Shown here: positions 7,826-18,346 of the stretch, piece after piece
Layout of the letters: every line of letters begins with the position of its first letter
Position numbering within the stretch: the stretch's first letter is position 1
NCBI RefSeq assembly: GCF_003334785.1
Contig: NZ_QOWV01000027.1
Strand: one strand, 5' to 3'
DNA: 30,887 nt
Source: Escherichia coli
GTDB taxonomy: Bacteria > Pseudomonadota > Gammaproteobacteria > Enterobacterales > Enterobacteriaceae
Program-made: the position numbers and the translations under genes
Notes under the pieces: model-generated
Database searches by the model: none
Told to the model about the DNA's origin: nothing
The model's input: the letters and a program-made list of their open reading frames with translations, nothing else

Positions 7826-8416
7826 TTATTGCTGAAAAATTATACCAACATTGCTCTCACCCGCCTCACGCAGGTCTGCCCTAAGGCCTTTTATCAGCTC
7901 GATATCGCGTTCTTCGCACTCAGCTAAAAGTCGGAATATTTCCCACTGAATGTCCCATTCTTGCTCTACAGCTGGGTTTTCTTTAAGCTCTTCATCGCTC
8001 ATTTCGCGACCAGCCTGAGTCATTTCCAGCATCGCAACGGTCGTGATGGAGGTCTTACTCACTTCCACCGCGTGTTCGAGCGTTTCACCACTCAAACGCG
8101 AATGGACCAGTTCACTTAACGCCACGCAGGCATCGATTGCCGGATAAACGCCGTACAGATCGAAATCGTCGGCTGAAGGAATCGCTTCTTCAAATTTCTC
8201 CAGTTGGCTGTCGAAATTTACTTTTGCGTCTTTAACGGTCAGCGTTTCCCAGATGAGATCGAGAATGCGACGGTAAATTTGCCCATCACCAAAACCGGTT
8301 TGCTGGCAGAACATGGCGTAATTGGGGTACATGCGTTCGCATAAGCAAGCCATGAAAGTGACATGCTGCCAGCTTTCCAGGCGCTCCAGACGCAGATGAA
8401 TTGGGTTTTGTAACAT
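7826..8416 (-). CDS. yjaG: DUF416-family protein of unknown function
   Basis: 196-aa ORF recognised as E. coli YjaG. It follows nfi on the same strand after a 42-nt gap. Confidence 0.93.
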   Translation of the reverse strand: MLQNPIHLRLERLESWQHVTFMACLCERMYPNYAMFCQQTGFGDGQIYRRILDLIWETLTVKDAKVNFDSQLEKFEEAIPSADDFDLYGVYPAIDACVALSELVHSRLSGETLEHAVEVSKTSITTVAMLEMTQAGREMSDEELKENPAVEQEWDIQWEIFRLLAECEERDIELIKGLRADLREAGESNVGIIFQQ

Positions 8417-8458
8417 GTTGAGTTCTCAAATACGGAAATTATCCGCAGTTTACCTGAA

Positions 8459-9130
8459 TTAGGGCTGATTTGCTGTATAGCGCACGAACGCCGGACGTTC
8501 CGAGGCCACCGCGTCCGCCCAGCGCGTTGGCTCCGGCAGACGATAGCCTTTCATGCAGCGTTGTACCCACGCCAGCGCGCTGTCCACGCTGACCCGATGG
8601 CCGGTAGCGATAAACAACGGGTTACAGCGCGCTTTGCTGCGCCAGACCCAGGCCAGCTGCTCGCCTTTATCCATCAGTGGGGCCAGCGCGCCCGGTTCGC
8701 TGGAGAGCGGTTCGAATTTACCGCAGAGCCGTTTTTTCGCCACGCCAATGGTCGGCACATCCACCAATAAGCCAAAATGGCTGGCGACGCCAAGACGGCG
8801 AGGATGCGAGATCCCATGACCATCGACAAACACTAAATCCGGCTTTTGCGACAGCATCTCCCACGCTGCCAGCAGCGCAGGATATTCGCGGAAGGAAAGA
8901 AAACCTGGAATGTAAGGCATGGTGGTGGCGATGCGGGCAACTTTATACTCGACCAGCTCAAGCGAGGGATATTTCAGCAGCACCATCGCCGCTCGCGTCA
9001 CTTCTCCGCCCTGCTCAAACCCGACATCGGCTCCGGCGATCAGATCCGGTGGATCTTTATCGAGTCGATCCTCGCGGATCACAGAAGAAGCCAGTTCGAT
9101 TTGTTGAGCGCGTAATGACGCGAGATCCAT
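8459..9130 (-). CDS. nfi: Endonuclease V (deoxyinosine 3' endonuclease)
   Basis: 223 aa from ATG 9130, with AAGGAG SD 5 nt upstream. The ORF-track start (GTG 9136) adds 2 residues. It starts 9 nt after the hemE stop. Confidence 0.95.
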
Positions 9131-9139
9131 AATCACTCC

Positions 9140-10204
9140 TTAGCGGTGATACTGTTCAGACAGTCGATGCACTGCCTCCACGAACACGCCAGCATGTTCT
9201 GGCGGCACATCCTGATGAATGCCGTGACCAAGGTTAAAGACATGACCTTCGCCGTGACCGAAACCTGCAAGTATAGTCGCTACTTCTTCTTCAATGCGGG
9301 CAGGCGGCGCGTACAGCATCGACGGATCCATATTACCCTGCAACGCGACTTTATTGCCCACACGGCGGCGCGCATCGGCGATGTCCGTTGTCCAGTCGAG
9401 GCCCAGCGCATCGCAACCGGTTTCTGCCATGGCTTCCAGCCACTGTCCGCCGCCTTTGGTAAACAGCGTGACCGGTACGCGGCGACCGTCGTTTTCACGC
9501 AGTAAACCATCAACAATTTTATGCATGTAATAGAGCGAGAACTGTTGATAATCGCGCCCGGTAAGCACGCCGCCCCAGGTGTCGAAAATCATCACTGCCT
9601 GAGCACCGGCTTTAATCTGCGCATTCAGATACAAAGTGACGCTTTTCGCCAGTTTATCGAGCAGAGCGTGCAGCGCCTGCGGATCGGCATACATCATTTT
9701 TTTGATCACGGTGAAGGCTTTGCTGCTGCCGCCTTCCACCATGTAGGTCGCCAGCGTCCACGGGCTGCCGGAAAAACCAATCAGCGGCACTTCGCCTTTC
9801 AGTTCGCGACGAATGGTACGCACCGCGTTCATCACGTAACCCAGTTCATCTTCCGGGTCCGGAATTGGCAGTTTATCGACGTCAGCTTTGCAGGTGACTG
9901 GCGAGGTAAAACGCGGACCTTCTCCGGCTTCAAAATAGAGCCCTAACCCCATCGCGTCCGGCACGGTGAGGATATCGGAAAAGAGGATCGCCGCATCCAG
10001 CGGGTAGCGACGCAGCGGTTGCAAAGTCACTTCGCACGCCAGCTCGGCGTTTTTGCACAGCGACATAAAATCGCCTGCCTGGGCGCGCGTGGCTTTATAT
10101 TCCGGTAGATAGCGACCCGCCTGGCGCATCATCCATACTGGAGTGACATCAACGGGCTGGCGCAGCAGCGCCCGCAGATAACGATCGTTTTTAAGTTCGG
10201 TCAT
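9140..10204 (-). CDS. hemE: Uroporphyrinogen decarboxylase
   Basis: 354-aa ORF with the URO-D signature region [15 protein letters not shown]. Confidence 0.98.
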   Translation of the reverse strand: MTELKNDRYLRALLRQPVDVTPVWMMRQAGRYLPEYKATRAQAGDFMSLCKNAELACEVTLQPLRRYPLDAAILFSDILTVPDAMGLGLYFEAGEGPRFTSPVTCKADVDKLPIPDPEDELGYVMNAVRTIRRELKGEVPLIGFSGSPWTLATYMVEGGSSKAFTVIKKMMYADPQALHALLDKLAKSVTLYLNAQIKAGAQAVMIFDTWGGVLTGRDYQQFSLYYMHKIVDGLLRENDGRRVPVTLFTKGGGQWLEAMAETGCDALGLDWTTDIADARRRVGNKVALQGNMDPSMLYAPPARIEEEVATILAGFGHGEGHVFNLGHGIHQDVPPEHAGVFVEAVHRLSEQYHR

Positions 10205-10243
10205 TTTGGCTGTTCCTTAGTGCGTCAGGCGGTCAGTGTATCA

Positions 10244-11017
10244 TCACTCATACTCTGCCCGACACATCGCCACCGTATCTTCTATCAGACGGCGCGCTAC
10301 GGTGCCGGGCGGCGGGAGTAACGGCAAATCGTCATAGCGATACCAGTTCGCCTCGAGCAATTCTTTCGGGTCGATCACGATGTCGCCGCTGTCATATTCC
10401 GCCATAAACGCGGTCATTAAAGACTGAGGAAACGGCCACGGCTGAGAAGTCACGTAACGCAAGTTTTTAACTTTAATTCCGCTCTCTTCCATCACTTCCC
10501 GCGCGACTGCCTGCTCGAGGGTTTCGCCCACTTCGACGAATCCGGCAAGTACTGTATGGACACCGTTACGATGGCGGGTATGCTGGGCGAGGAGGATCGA
10601 ATCATCGCGACGGATGGCAACAATAATGCAGGGGGCGATTTGCGGGTAGTAACGCTCACGGCAATGGCTGCACAGCATCGCCCATTCGGTTTTGCTCGGA
10701 TACATTTCATGCCCGCAGTAACCACAGTATTTATGCGATCGGTAAAACTCCGCCAGTTGTACGCCTCGTCCGGCCAGTTGAAACAGCCCAACATCGAGAT
10801 CAATGACCTGACGTACCGACCCCATATCGTGACGCCGCTGCTGTTGTACTAACCAAACAGGTTCCCCCTGCCATTCGCCGATTTGTAGTGCGCGCTGACC
10901 CACAAGATCGAAATTTGCCGCTTCGCCATATGGCAATTCTCCCTTCGGCAACCATAATTTTTGTTCATGGCTGACGACCCACCAGCCGTGATCTAATTTT
11001 TCAATTATACGATCCAT
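10244..11017 (-). CDS. nudC: NADH pyrophosphatase / NAD-cap decapping Nudix hydrolase
   Basis: 257-aa ORF. Zn-ribbon cysteines (CGYCG...CSHC) and Nudix box [23 protein letters not shown]. Confidence 0.97.
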
Positions 11018-11111
11018 AGCTCTTGCACTACCTTTGCATCACTGGCATGTTTAACATGGTTTTTACATTTCTCACTGAGCAGTTTTTGAATACAAACTTG
11101 CGGAGTCAATC

Positions 11112-11588
11112 ATGCTTAACCAGCTCGATAACCTGACGGAGCGCGTCAGAGGAAGTAACAAACTGGTTGATCGCTGGCTACATGTACGTAAGCATCTGCT
11201 CGTGGCTTACTACAATCTGGTTGGCATTAAGCCTGGCAAAGAATCGTACATGAGGCTAAACGAAAAAGCCCTTGATGATTTTTGTCAGAGCCTGGTCGAT
11301 TACTTGTCTGCCGGACATTTCAGTATTTATGAGCGCATTCTTCATAAGCTGGAAGGCAACGGGCAACTCGCGCGCGCCGCGAAGATTTGGCCGCAACTCG
11401 AAGCCAATACTCAACAGATTATGGATTACTACGATTCCAGTCTGGAAACCGCCATCGATCATGATAATTACCTTGAGTTTCAACAGGTTTTATCTGACAT
11501 CGGCGAGGCGCTGGAAGCGCGCTTTGTGCTGGAAGATAAGCTGATTCTGCTGGTGCTTGACGCCGCCCGCGTCAAACATCCTGCTTGA
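11112..11588 (+). CDS. rsd: Regulator of sigma D (anti-sigma70 factor)
   Basis: 158-aa ORF recognised as E. coli Rsd. It is divergent from nudC across a 94-bp spacer. Confidence 0.96.
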   Translation: MLNQLDNLTERVRGSNKLVDRWLHVRKHLLVAYYNLVGIKPGKESYMRLNEKALDDFCQSLVDYLSAGHFSIYERILHKLEGNGQLARAAKIWPQLEANTQQIMDYYDSSLETAIDHDNYLEFQQVLSDIGEALEARFVLEDKLILLVLDAARVKHPA

Positions 11589-11613
11589 GTTCTGCGCTGT
11601 TAACGCGTAATTT
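11585..11613 (+). promoter_or_regulatory. Candidate sigma70 promoter for the thiC operon
   Basis: TTGAGT (11585..11590), 17-nt spacer, TAATTT (11608..11613). The -35 overlaps the rsd stop codon. Predicted start is ~11620, just upstream of the riboswitch. Confidence 0.45.
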
Positions 11614-11644
11614 ACATTCAATGCCCCATTTGCGGGGCTAATTT

Positions 11645-11729
11645 CTTGTCGGAGTGCCTTAACTGGCTGAGACCGTTTATTCGGGATCCGCGGAACCTGA
11701 TCAGGCTAATACCTGCGAAGGGAACAAGA
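11645..11729 (+). promoter_or_regulatory. TPP (THI-box) riboswitch aptamer in the thiC leader
   Basis: Conserved CTGAGA (11667..11672) and ACCTGATCAGGCTAATACCTGCGAAGGGAAC (11696..11726). P1 helix CTTGT (11645..11649) pairs with ACAAG (11725..11729). The expression platform extends to the thiC SD/ATG at 11821. Confidence 0.92.
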
Positions 11730-11817
11730 GTTAATCTGCTATCGCATCGCCCCTGCGGCGATCGTCTCTTGCTTCATCCGTCGTCTGACAAGCCACGTCC
11801 TTAACTTTTTGGAATGA

Positions 11818-13715
<1,898 letters not shown>

Positions 13716-13716
<1 letters not shown>

Positions 13717-14351
13717 TGTATCAGCCTGATTTTCCTCCTGTACCTTTTCGTTCAGGACTGTACCCGGTGGTGGACAGCGTACAGTGGATCGAACGTCTGT
13801 TGGATGCAGGCGTACGTACTCTCCAGCTACGCATCAAAGATCGGCGCGATGAAGAGGTGGAAGCCGATGTCGTGGCGGCAATTGCGCTGGGCCGCCGCTA
13901 TAACGCGCGATTGTTTATCAACGATTACTGGCGGCTGGCGATCAAGCATCAGGCGTATGGCGTCCATTTGGGGCAGGAAGATTTGCAAGCCACCGATCTC
14001 AATGCCATCCGCGCGGCAGGCCTGCGGCTGGGCGTTTCGACACATGACGATATGGAAATCGACGTCGCGCTGGCAGCACGCCCCTCTTATATCGCGCTGG
14101 GACATGTGTTCCCGACGCAAACCAAACAGATGCCTTCTGCACCGCAGGGGCTGGAACAGCTGGCACGGCATGTTGAGCGACTGGCGGATTATCCCACCGT
14201 GGCGATTGGCGGTATCAGTCTGGCACGCGCGCCTGCGGTGATAGCAACGGGTGTCGGCAGTATCGCCGTCGTCAGCGCCATTACTCAAGCCGCAGACTGG
14301 CGTTTGGCAACGGCACAGTTGCTGGAAATTGCAGGAGTTGGCGATGAATGA
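13716..14351 (+). CDS. thiE: Thiamine-phosphate synthase
   Basis: 211 aa from ATG 13716, which overlaps the thiC TGA (GTGATG). A GTG at 13713 is an alternative start (ORF track). Confidence 0.95.
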
Positions 14352-15099
14352 CCGTGACTTTATGCGTTATAGCCGCCAAATCCTGCTCGACGATATCGCT
14401 CTGGACGGGCAGCAAAAACTGCTCGACAGCCAGGTGCTGATTATCGGTCTGGGCGGGCTGGGTACACCTGCTGCGCTGTACCTGGCGGGCGCTGGCGTCG
14501 GGACGCTGGTACTGGCAGATGACGACGATGTGCATTTAAGCAATCTGCAACGACAAATCCTCTTTACCACTGAAGATATCGATCGCCCGAAATCGCAGGT
14601 CAGCCAACAGCGACTGACACAGTTGAATCCCGACATTCAACTGACAGCATTACAACAACGGTTAACGGGTGAGGCGTTAAAAGATGCGGTTGCACGGGCC
14701 GATGTGGTGCTCGACTGTACCGACAATATGGCGACTCGCCAGGAGATTAATGCCGCCTGCGTGGCACTCAACACGCCGCTTATCACCGCCAGCGCGGTCG
14801 GATTTGGCGGTCAGTTGATGGTACTGACGCCGCCCTGGGAGCAGGGGTGTTACCGCTGCCTGTGGCCAGATAACCAGGAGCCAGAACGCAACTGCCGCAC
14901 GGCGGGCGTGGTTGGCCCGGTGGTCGGGGTTATGGGCACTTTGCAGGCACTGGAAGCCATTAAGTTATTAAGCGGTATAGAGACACCTGCGGGAGAACTC
15001 CGACTGTTCGACGGTAAATCGAGCCAGTGGCGCAGCCTGGCGTTGCGCCGCGCCAGTGGTTGCCCGGTATGCGGAGGAAGCAATGCAGATCCTGTTTAA
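14344..15099 (+). CDS. thiF: ThiS adenylyltransferase (E1-like)
   Basis: 251 aa from ATG 14344 (ATGAATGA overlap with the thiE stop). Nucleotide-binding GLGGLG and CxxC pairs (CYRC, CPVC). Confidence 0.95.
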
Positions 15100-15283
15100 C
15101 GATCAAGCGATGCAGTGCGCCGCCGGGCAAACTGTTCACGAACTACTGGAGCAACTCGACCAACGACAAGCGGGCGCGGCTCTGGCGATTAATCAGCAAA
15201 TCGTCCCGCGTGAGCAGTGGGCGCAACATATCGTGCAGGATGGCGACCAGATCCTGCTTTTTCAGGTTATTGCAGGGGGTTGA
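15083..15283 (+). CDS. thiS: Sulfur-carrier protein ThiS (ubiquitin-like, C-terminal GG)
   Basis: 66 aa [11 protein letters not shown]...LLFQVIAGG. The start lies 17 nt inside the 3' end of thiF. Confidence 0.93.
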
Positions 15284-15284
15284 A

Positions 15285-16055
15285 ATGTTACGTATTGCGG
15301 ACAAAACGTTTGATTCACATCTGTTTACCGGCACAGGGAAATTCGCTTCTTCACAACTGATGGTGGAGGCGATCCGCGCTTCCGGCAGCCAGCTGGTGAC
15401 ACTGGCGATGAAACGTGTCGACTTGCGCCAGCACAACGACGCTATCCTCGAACCGCTTATCGCGGCGGGTGTGACCCTGCTGCCAAATACATCCGGGGCG
15501 AAAACAGCGGAAGAAGCCATTTTCGCCGCCCATCTGGCTCGTGAAGCGTTAGGCACAAACTGGTTAAAATTAGAGATTCACCCTGACGCCCGCTGGCTGT
15601 TGCCCGATCCCATCGAAACCCTGAAAGCCGCCGAAACGCTGGTACAACAGGGATTTGTCGTGCTGCCTTACTGCGGGGCCGATCCGGTATTGTGTAAACG
15701 TCTGGAAGAAGTCGGCTGTGCAGCGGTGATGCCGCTCGGCGCGCCGATTGGCTCGAATCAGGGACTGGAAACCCGCGCCATGCTGGAGATTATTATCCAG
15801 CAGGCCACAGTGCCGGTGGTTGTCGATGCTGGCATCGGCGTTCCCAGCCATGCCGCGCAGGCGCTGGAAATGGGGGCCGACGCGGTGTTAGTGAATACGG
15901 CGATTGCCGTCGCGGACGATCCCGTCAACATGGCGAAGGCATTTCGTCTGGCGGTAGAAGCAGGCCTACTGGCACGTCAGTCCGGACCGAGCAGCCGCAG
16001 TTATTTTGCTCATGCCACCAGCCCGCTGACCGGATTTCTGGAGGCATCGGCATGA
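15285..16055 (+). CDS. thiG: Thiazole synthase
   Basis: 256 aa from ATG 15285, one nt after the thiS stop. [20 protein letters not shown]... is recognised as ThiG. The ORF-track 342-aa version is an upstream in-frame extension. Confidence 0.95.
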   Translation: MLRIADKTFDSHLFTGTGKFASSQLMVEAIRASGSQLVTLAMKRVDLRQHNDAILEPLIAAGVTLLPNTSGAKTAEEAIFAAHLAREALGTNWLKLEIHPDARWLLPDPIETLKAAETLVQQGFVVLPYCGADPVLCKRLEEVGCAAVMPLGAPIGSNQGLETRAMLEIIIQQATVPVVVDAGIGVPSHAAQALEMGADAVLVNTAIAVADDPVNMAKAFRLAVEAGLLARQSGPSSRSYFAHATSPLTGFLEASA

Positions 16056-17185
16056 AAACCTTCAGCGATCGCTGGCGACAACTGGACTGGGACGACATCC
16101 GCCTGCGTATCAACGGCAAAACGGCTGCTGACGTAGAGCGGGCGCTAAATGCCTCGCAACTCACCCGCGACGACATGATGGCGCTGTTATCGCCTGCCGC
16201 CAGTGGCTATCTGGAACAACTGGCCCAACGGGCGCAGCGTCTGACCCGTCAGCGATTTGGCAACACAGTTAGTTTCTACGTCCCGCTTTATCTTTCCAAT
16301 CTTTGCGCTAACGACTGCACGTACTGTGGATTTTCCATGAGTAATCGCATCAAGCGCAAAACGCTGGATGAAGCGGATATTGCCAGGGAAAGTGCCGCTA
16401 TACGGGAGATGGGCTTTGAACATCTGCTGTTAGTCACTGGTGAACATCAGGCGAAAGTGGGGATGGATTACTTTCGTCGTCATCTCCCTGCCCTTCGTGA
16501 ACAGTTCTCTTCACTACAGATGGAAGTGCAACCGCTGGCGGAGACGGAATACGCCGAGTTAAAGCAACTTGGTCTGGATGGCGTGATGGTTTATCAGGAG
16601 ACATATCACGAGGCGACTTATGCCCGCCATCATCTGAAAGGCAAAAAACAGGACTTCTTCTGGCGGCTGGAAACGCCGGATCGGCTGGGGCGTGCGGGGA
16701 TTGATAAGATAGGCCTCGGCGCGCTAATTGGCCTTTCCGACAACTGGCGCGTTGACAGCTATATGGTTGCCGAACATTTGCTATGGCTGCAACAGCATTA
16801 CTGGCAAAGCCGTTACTCTGTCTCCTTTCCGCGCCTGCGCCCGTGTACTGGCGGCATTGAGCCTGCGTCGATTATGGATGAACGCCAGTTAGTGCAAACC
16901 ATCTGCGCCTTCCGACTGCTTGCACCGGAGATTGAACTGTCACTCTCCACGCGGGAATCACCGTGGTTTCGCGATCGCGTTATTCCGCTGGCGATCAATA
17001 ACGTCAGCGCCTTCTCGAAAACGCAGCCAGGTGGCTATGCCGATAATCACCCCGAGTTGGAACAGTTCTCACCGCACGACGATCGCAGACCGGAAGCGGT
17101 TGCTGCCGCGTTAACCGCTCAGGGTTTGCAGCCGGTATGGAAAGACTGGGACAGCTATCTGGGACGCGCCTCGCAAAGACTATGA
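16052..17185 (+). CDS. thiH: 2-iminoacetate synthase (tyrosine lyase), radical SAM
   Basis: 377-aa ORF with the radical-SAM motif [12 protein letters not shown] overlap with the thiG stop. Confidence 0.97.
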   Translation: MKTFSDRWRQLDWDDIRLRINGKTAADVERALNASQLTRDDMMALLSPAASGYLEQLAQRAQRLTRQRFGNTVSFYVPLYLSNLCANDCTYCGFSMSNRIKRKTLDEADIARESAAIREMGFEHLLLVTGEHQAKVGMDYFRRHLPALREQFSSLQMEVQPLAETEYAELKQLGLDGVMVYQETYHEATYARHHLKGKKQDFFWRLETPDRLGRAGIDKIGLGALIGLSDNWRVDSYMVAEHLLWLQQHYWQSRYSVSFPRLRPCTGGIEPASIMDERQLVQTICAFRLLAPEIELSLSTRESPWFRDRVIPLAINNVSAFSKTQPGGYADNHPELEQFSPHDDRRPEAVAAALTAQGLQPVWKDWDSYLGRASQRL

Positions 17186-17297
17186 GACGGAATGTAAGAA
17201 CGTAAATTTATTCCGAGCCGCTACGGAAGATGAAAAACGCAAGGTTGTTGAAAGCGTTGTGTTTTTTTATGGTAGTGCCGTCAGCAGGAATGTTGTC

Positions 17298-17338
17298 CAG
17301 GGCGAAAAGCTTCTTCCTCGTTTCGCCCTGCCTTTCTT
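17298..17338 (+). terminator. Candidate terminator hairpin downstream of thiH
   Basis: 10-bp stem CAGGGCGAAA (17298..17307) / TTTCGCCCTG (17321..17330), followed by the T-rich CCTTTCTT. The 13-nt loop and imperfect U-tract make this tentative. A weaker AACGC/GCGTT hairpin followed by T7 lies at 17236..17268. Confidence 0.4.
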
Positions 17339-17429
17339 AAAAATTCCGTAATGCAAAGTCTGAAGCCATCGCCTGTTGAGCAATGAAAGAGATCTGATTG
17401 TAAGAGAGTAAATACTCAACTATGATAGA

Positions 17430-17601
17430 GACGAAAATAAGAACACATGTTCTCATCTTCCAGGATGCAGCAGACTGAAGAAATTCAGACATCCCGCAAC
17501 CTGCGATTATCGCAAGGTCAAGGCAAAGTCCGGTAATGGCGTTCTGAATACCAGAGATAATTCTCTGGCGAAACCCACCTTAAGGTGGGTTTTGTTATTT
17601 T
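17430..17601 (+). ncRNA. sroH: sroH small RNA region (ends approximate)
   Basis: Promoter-like TTGTAA (17398..17403), 17-nt spacer, TATGAT (17421..17426). Internal hairpins include CCAGAGA-TAAT-TCTCTGG (17551..17568). Terminal intrinsic terminator at 17574..17601. An sRNA named sroH has been reported in the thiH-yjaZ spacer of K-12, on the thiH strand. Confidence 0.5.
17571..17601 (+). terminator. Intrinsic terminator (sroH / thi-operon distal), overlapping the yjaZ stop codon
   Basis: AAA-CCCACC-TTAA-GGTGGG followed by TTTTGTTATTTT. Confidence 0.7.
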
Positions 17602-18134
17602 GAGGGCTGAGGAAGCTGCTTATTTCTCAATAAGTTGTAGGCAATGGTGAAAAATTTCACTGATTTACCTTTCTGTTTTTCAGAAATGGGATAAGCGCTA
17701 GTTACATGCAAACGGAGTTTTTTCTTTTCCCTGAAAGCCCTGAACGCAACAAAGTAAAATGCCTTATCTCCTCCGTCTAAGTCCACCTCAATCACGGCAT
17801 AGCTACCATACCCGGCATGAATAACGTTGCTTTCTGGCAGCGCCAAAATAGTTCTTTTTAAGTGTGTGCGCGCTAAGTTATAACGGTGCTGGCAGAAGGG
17901 ACGGGATTCTTTAGGCGCGTGGTACATTAACGATTGTTTTTCTTCGTTCGTCTGATGTTCATAATCTTTTGTGAAGCAGTGAAGAGAGTAGGTAACCCAA
18001 AAGCGATACTCTAAAGGCTCTTTGCCCTCATGATGCTGAACGTAGACAGCCTGATGAGCATCAAGAAATGATAAATCACGAATATCACCATCCGGATGTC
18101 CAAAAGGTCGCCACTTTTCCACTTCCTGTTTCAT
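17595..18134 (-). CDS. yjaZ: Poorly characterised protein YjaZ (historically heat-shock protein HtrC)
   Basis: 179-aa ORF recognised as E. coli YjaZ/HtrC. I see no catalytic motif by eye. The gene and its flanks are visibly AT-rich. Confidence 0.9.
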   Translation of the reverse strand: MKQEVEKWRPFGHPDGDIRDLSFLDAHQAVYVQHHEGKEPLEYRFWVTYSLHCFTKDYEHQTNEEKQSLMYHAPKESRPFCQHRYNLARTHLKRTILALPESNVIHAGYGSYAVIEVDLDGGDKAFYFVAFRAFREKKKLRLHVTSAYPISEKQKGKSVKFFTIAYNLLRNKQLPQPSK

Positions 18135-18298
18135 TCTCGTTCCTTAAGAAAGTTACACAGGAATAGTATCGAATCCTTGCCGAGTTTGACTCAATTAGTT
18201 CAGTCAGTTTCAGGATATTAGTCATCTCTACATTGATTATGAGTATTCAGAAATTCCTTAAATATTCTGACAAATGCTCTTTCCCTAAACTCCCCCCA

Positions 18299-18325
18299 TA
18301 AAAAAACCCGCCGAAGCGGGTTTTT
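18299..18325 (-). terminator. rpoC (rplKAJL-rpoBC) intrinsic terminator
   Basis: Minus strand AAAAACCCGC-TTCG-GCGGGTTTTTTTAT, 22 nt after the rpoC stop. A and T tracts on both sides suggest bidirectional potential. Confidence 0.88.
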
Positions 18326-18346
18326 ACGTTATTTGCGGATTAACGA

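Noticed and set aside
14251-15284. Upstream in-frame extensions of thiF (14251), thiS (15056) and thiG (15027) in the ORF track
   Set aside because: The extensions overlap the preceding genes in other frames. The shorter forms start at ATGs coupled to the upstream stop codons and give the known protein N-termini.
17230-17340. 36-codon + strand sORF just after thiH (MKNARLLKALCFFMVVPSAGMLSRAKSFFLVSPCLS), plus a 29-codon sORF at 17447..17536 inside the sroH region
   Set aside because: Neither has a properly spaced SD. The first spans a T7 run and the arms of two hairpins that are better explained as terminator structures. The second has no hydrophobic or conserved character. They are worth a glance in ribosome-profiling data, but the sequence alone does not support them.
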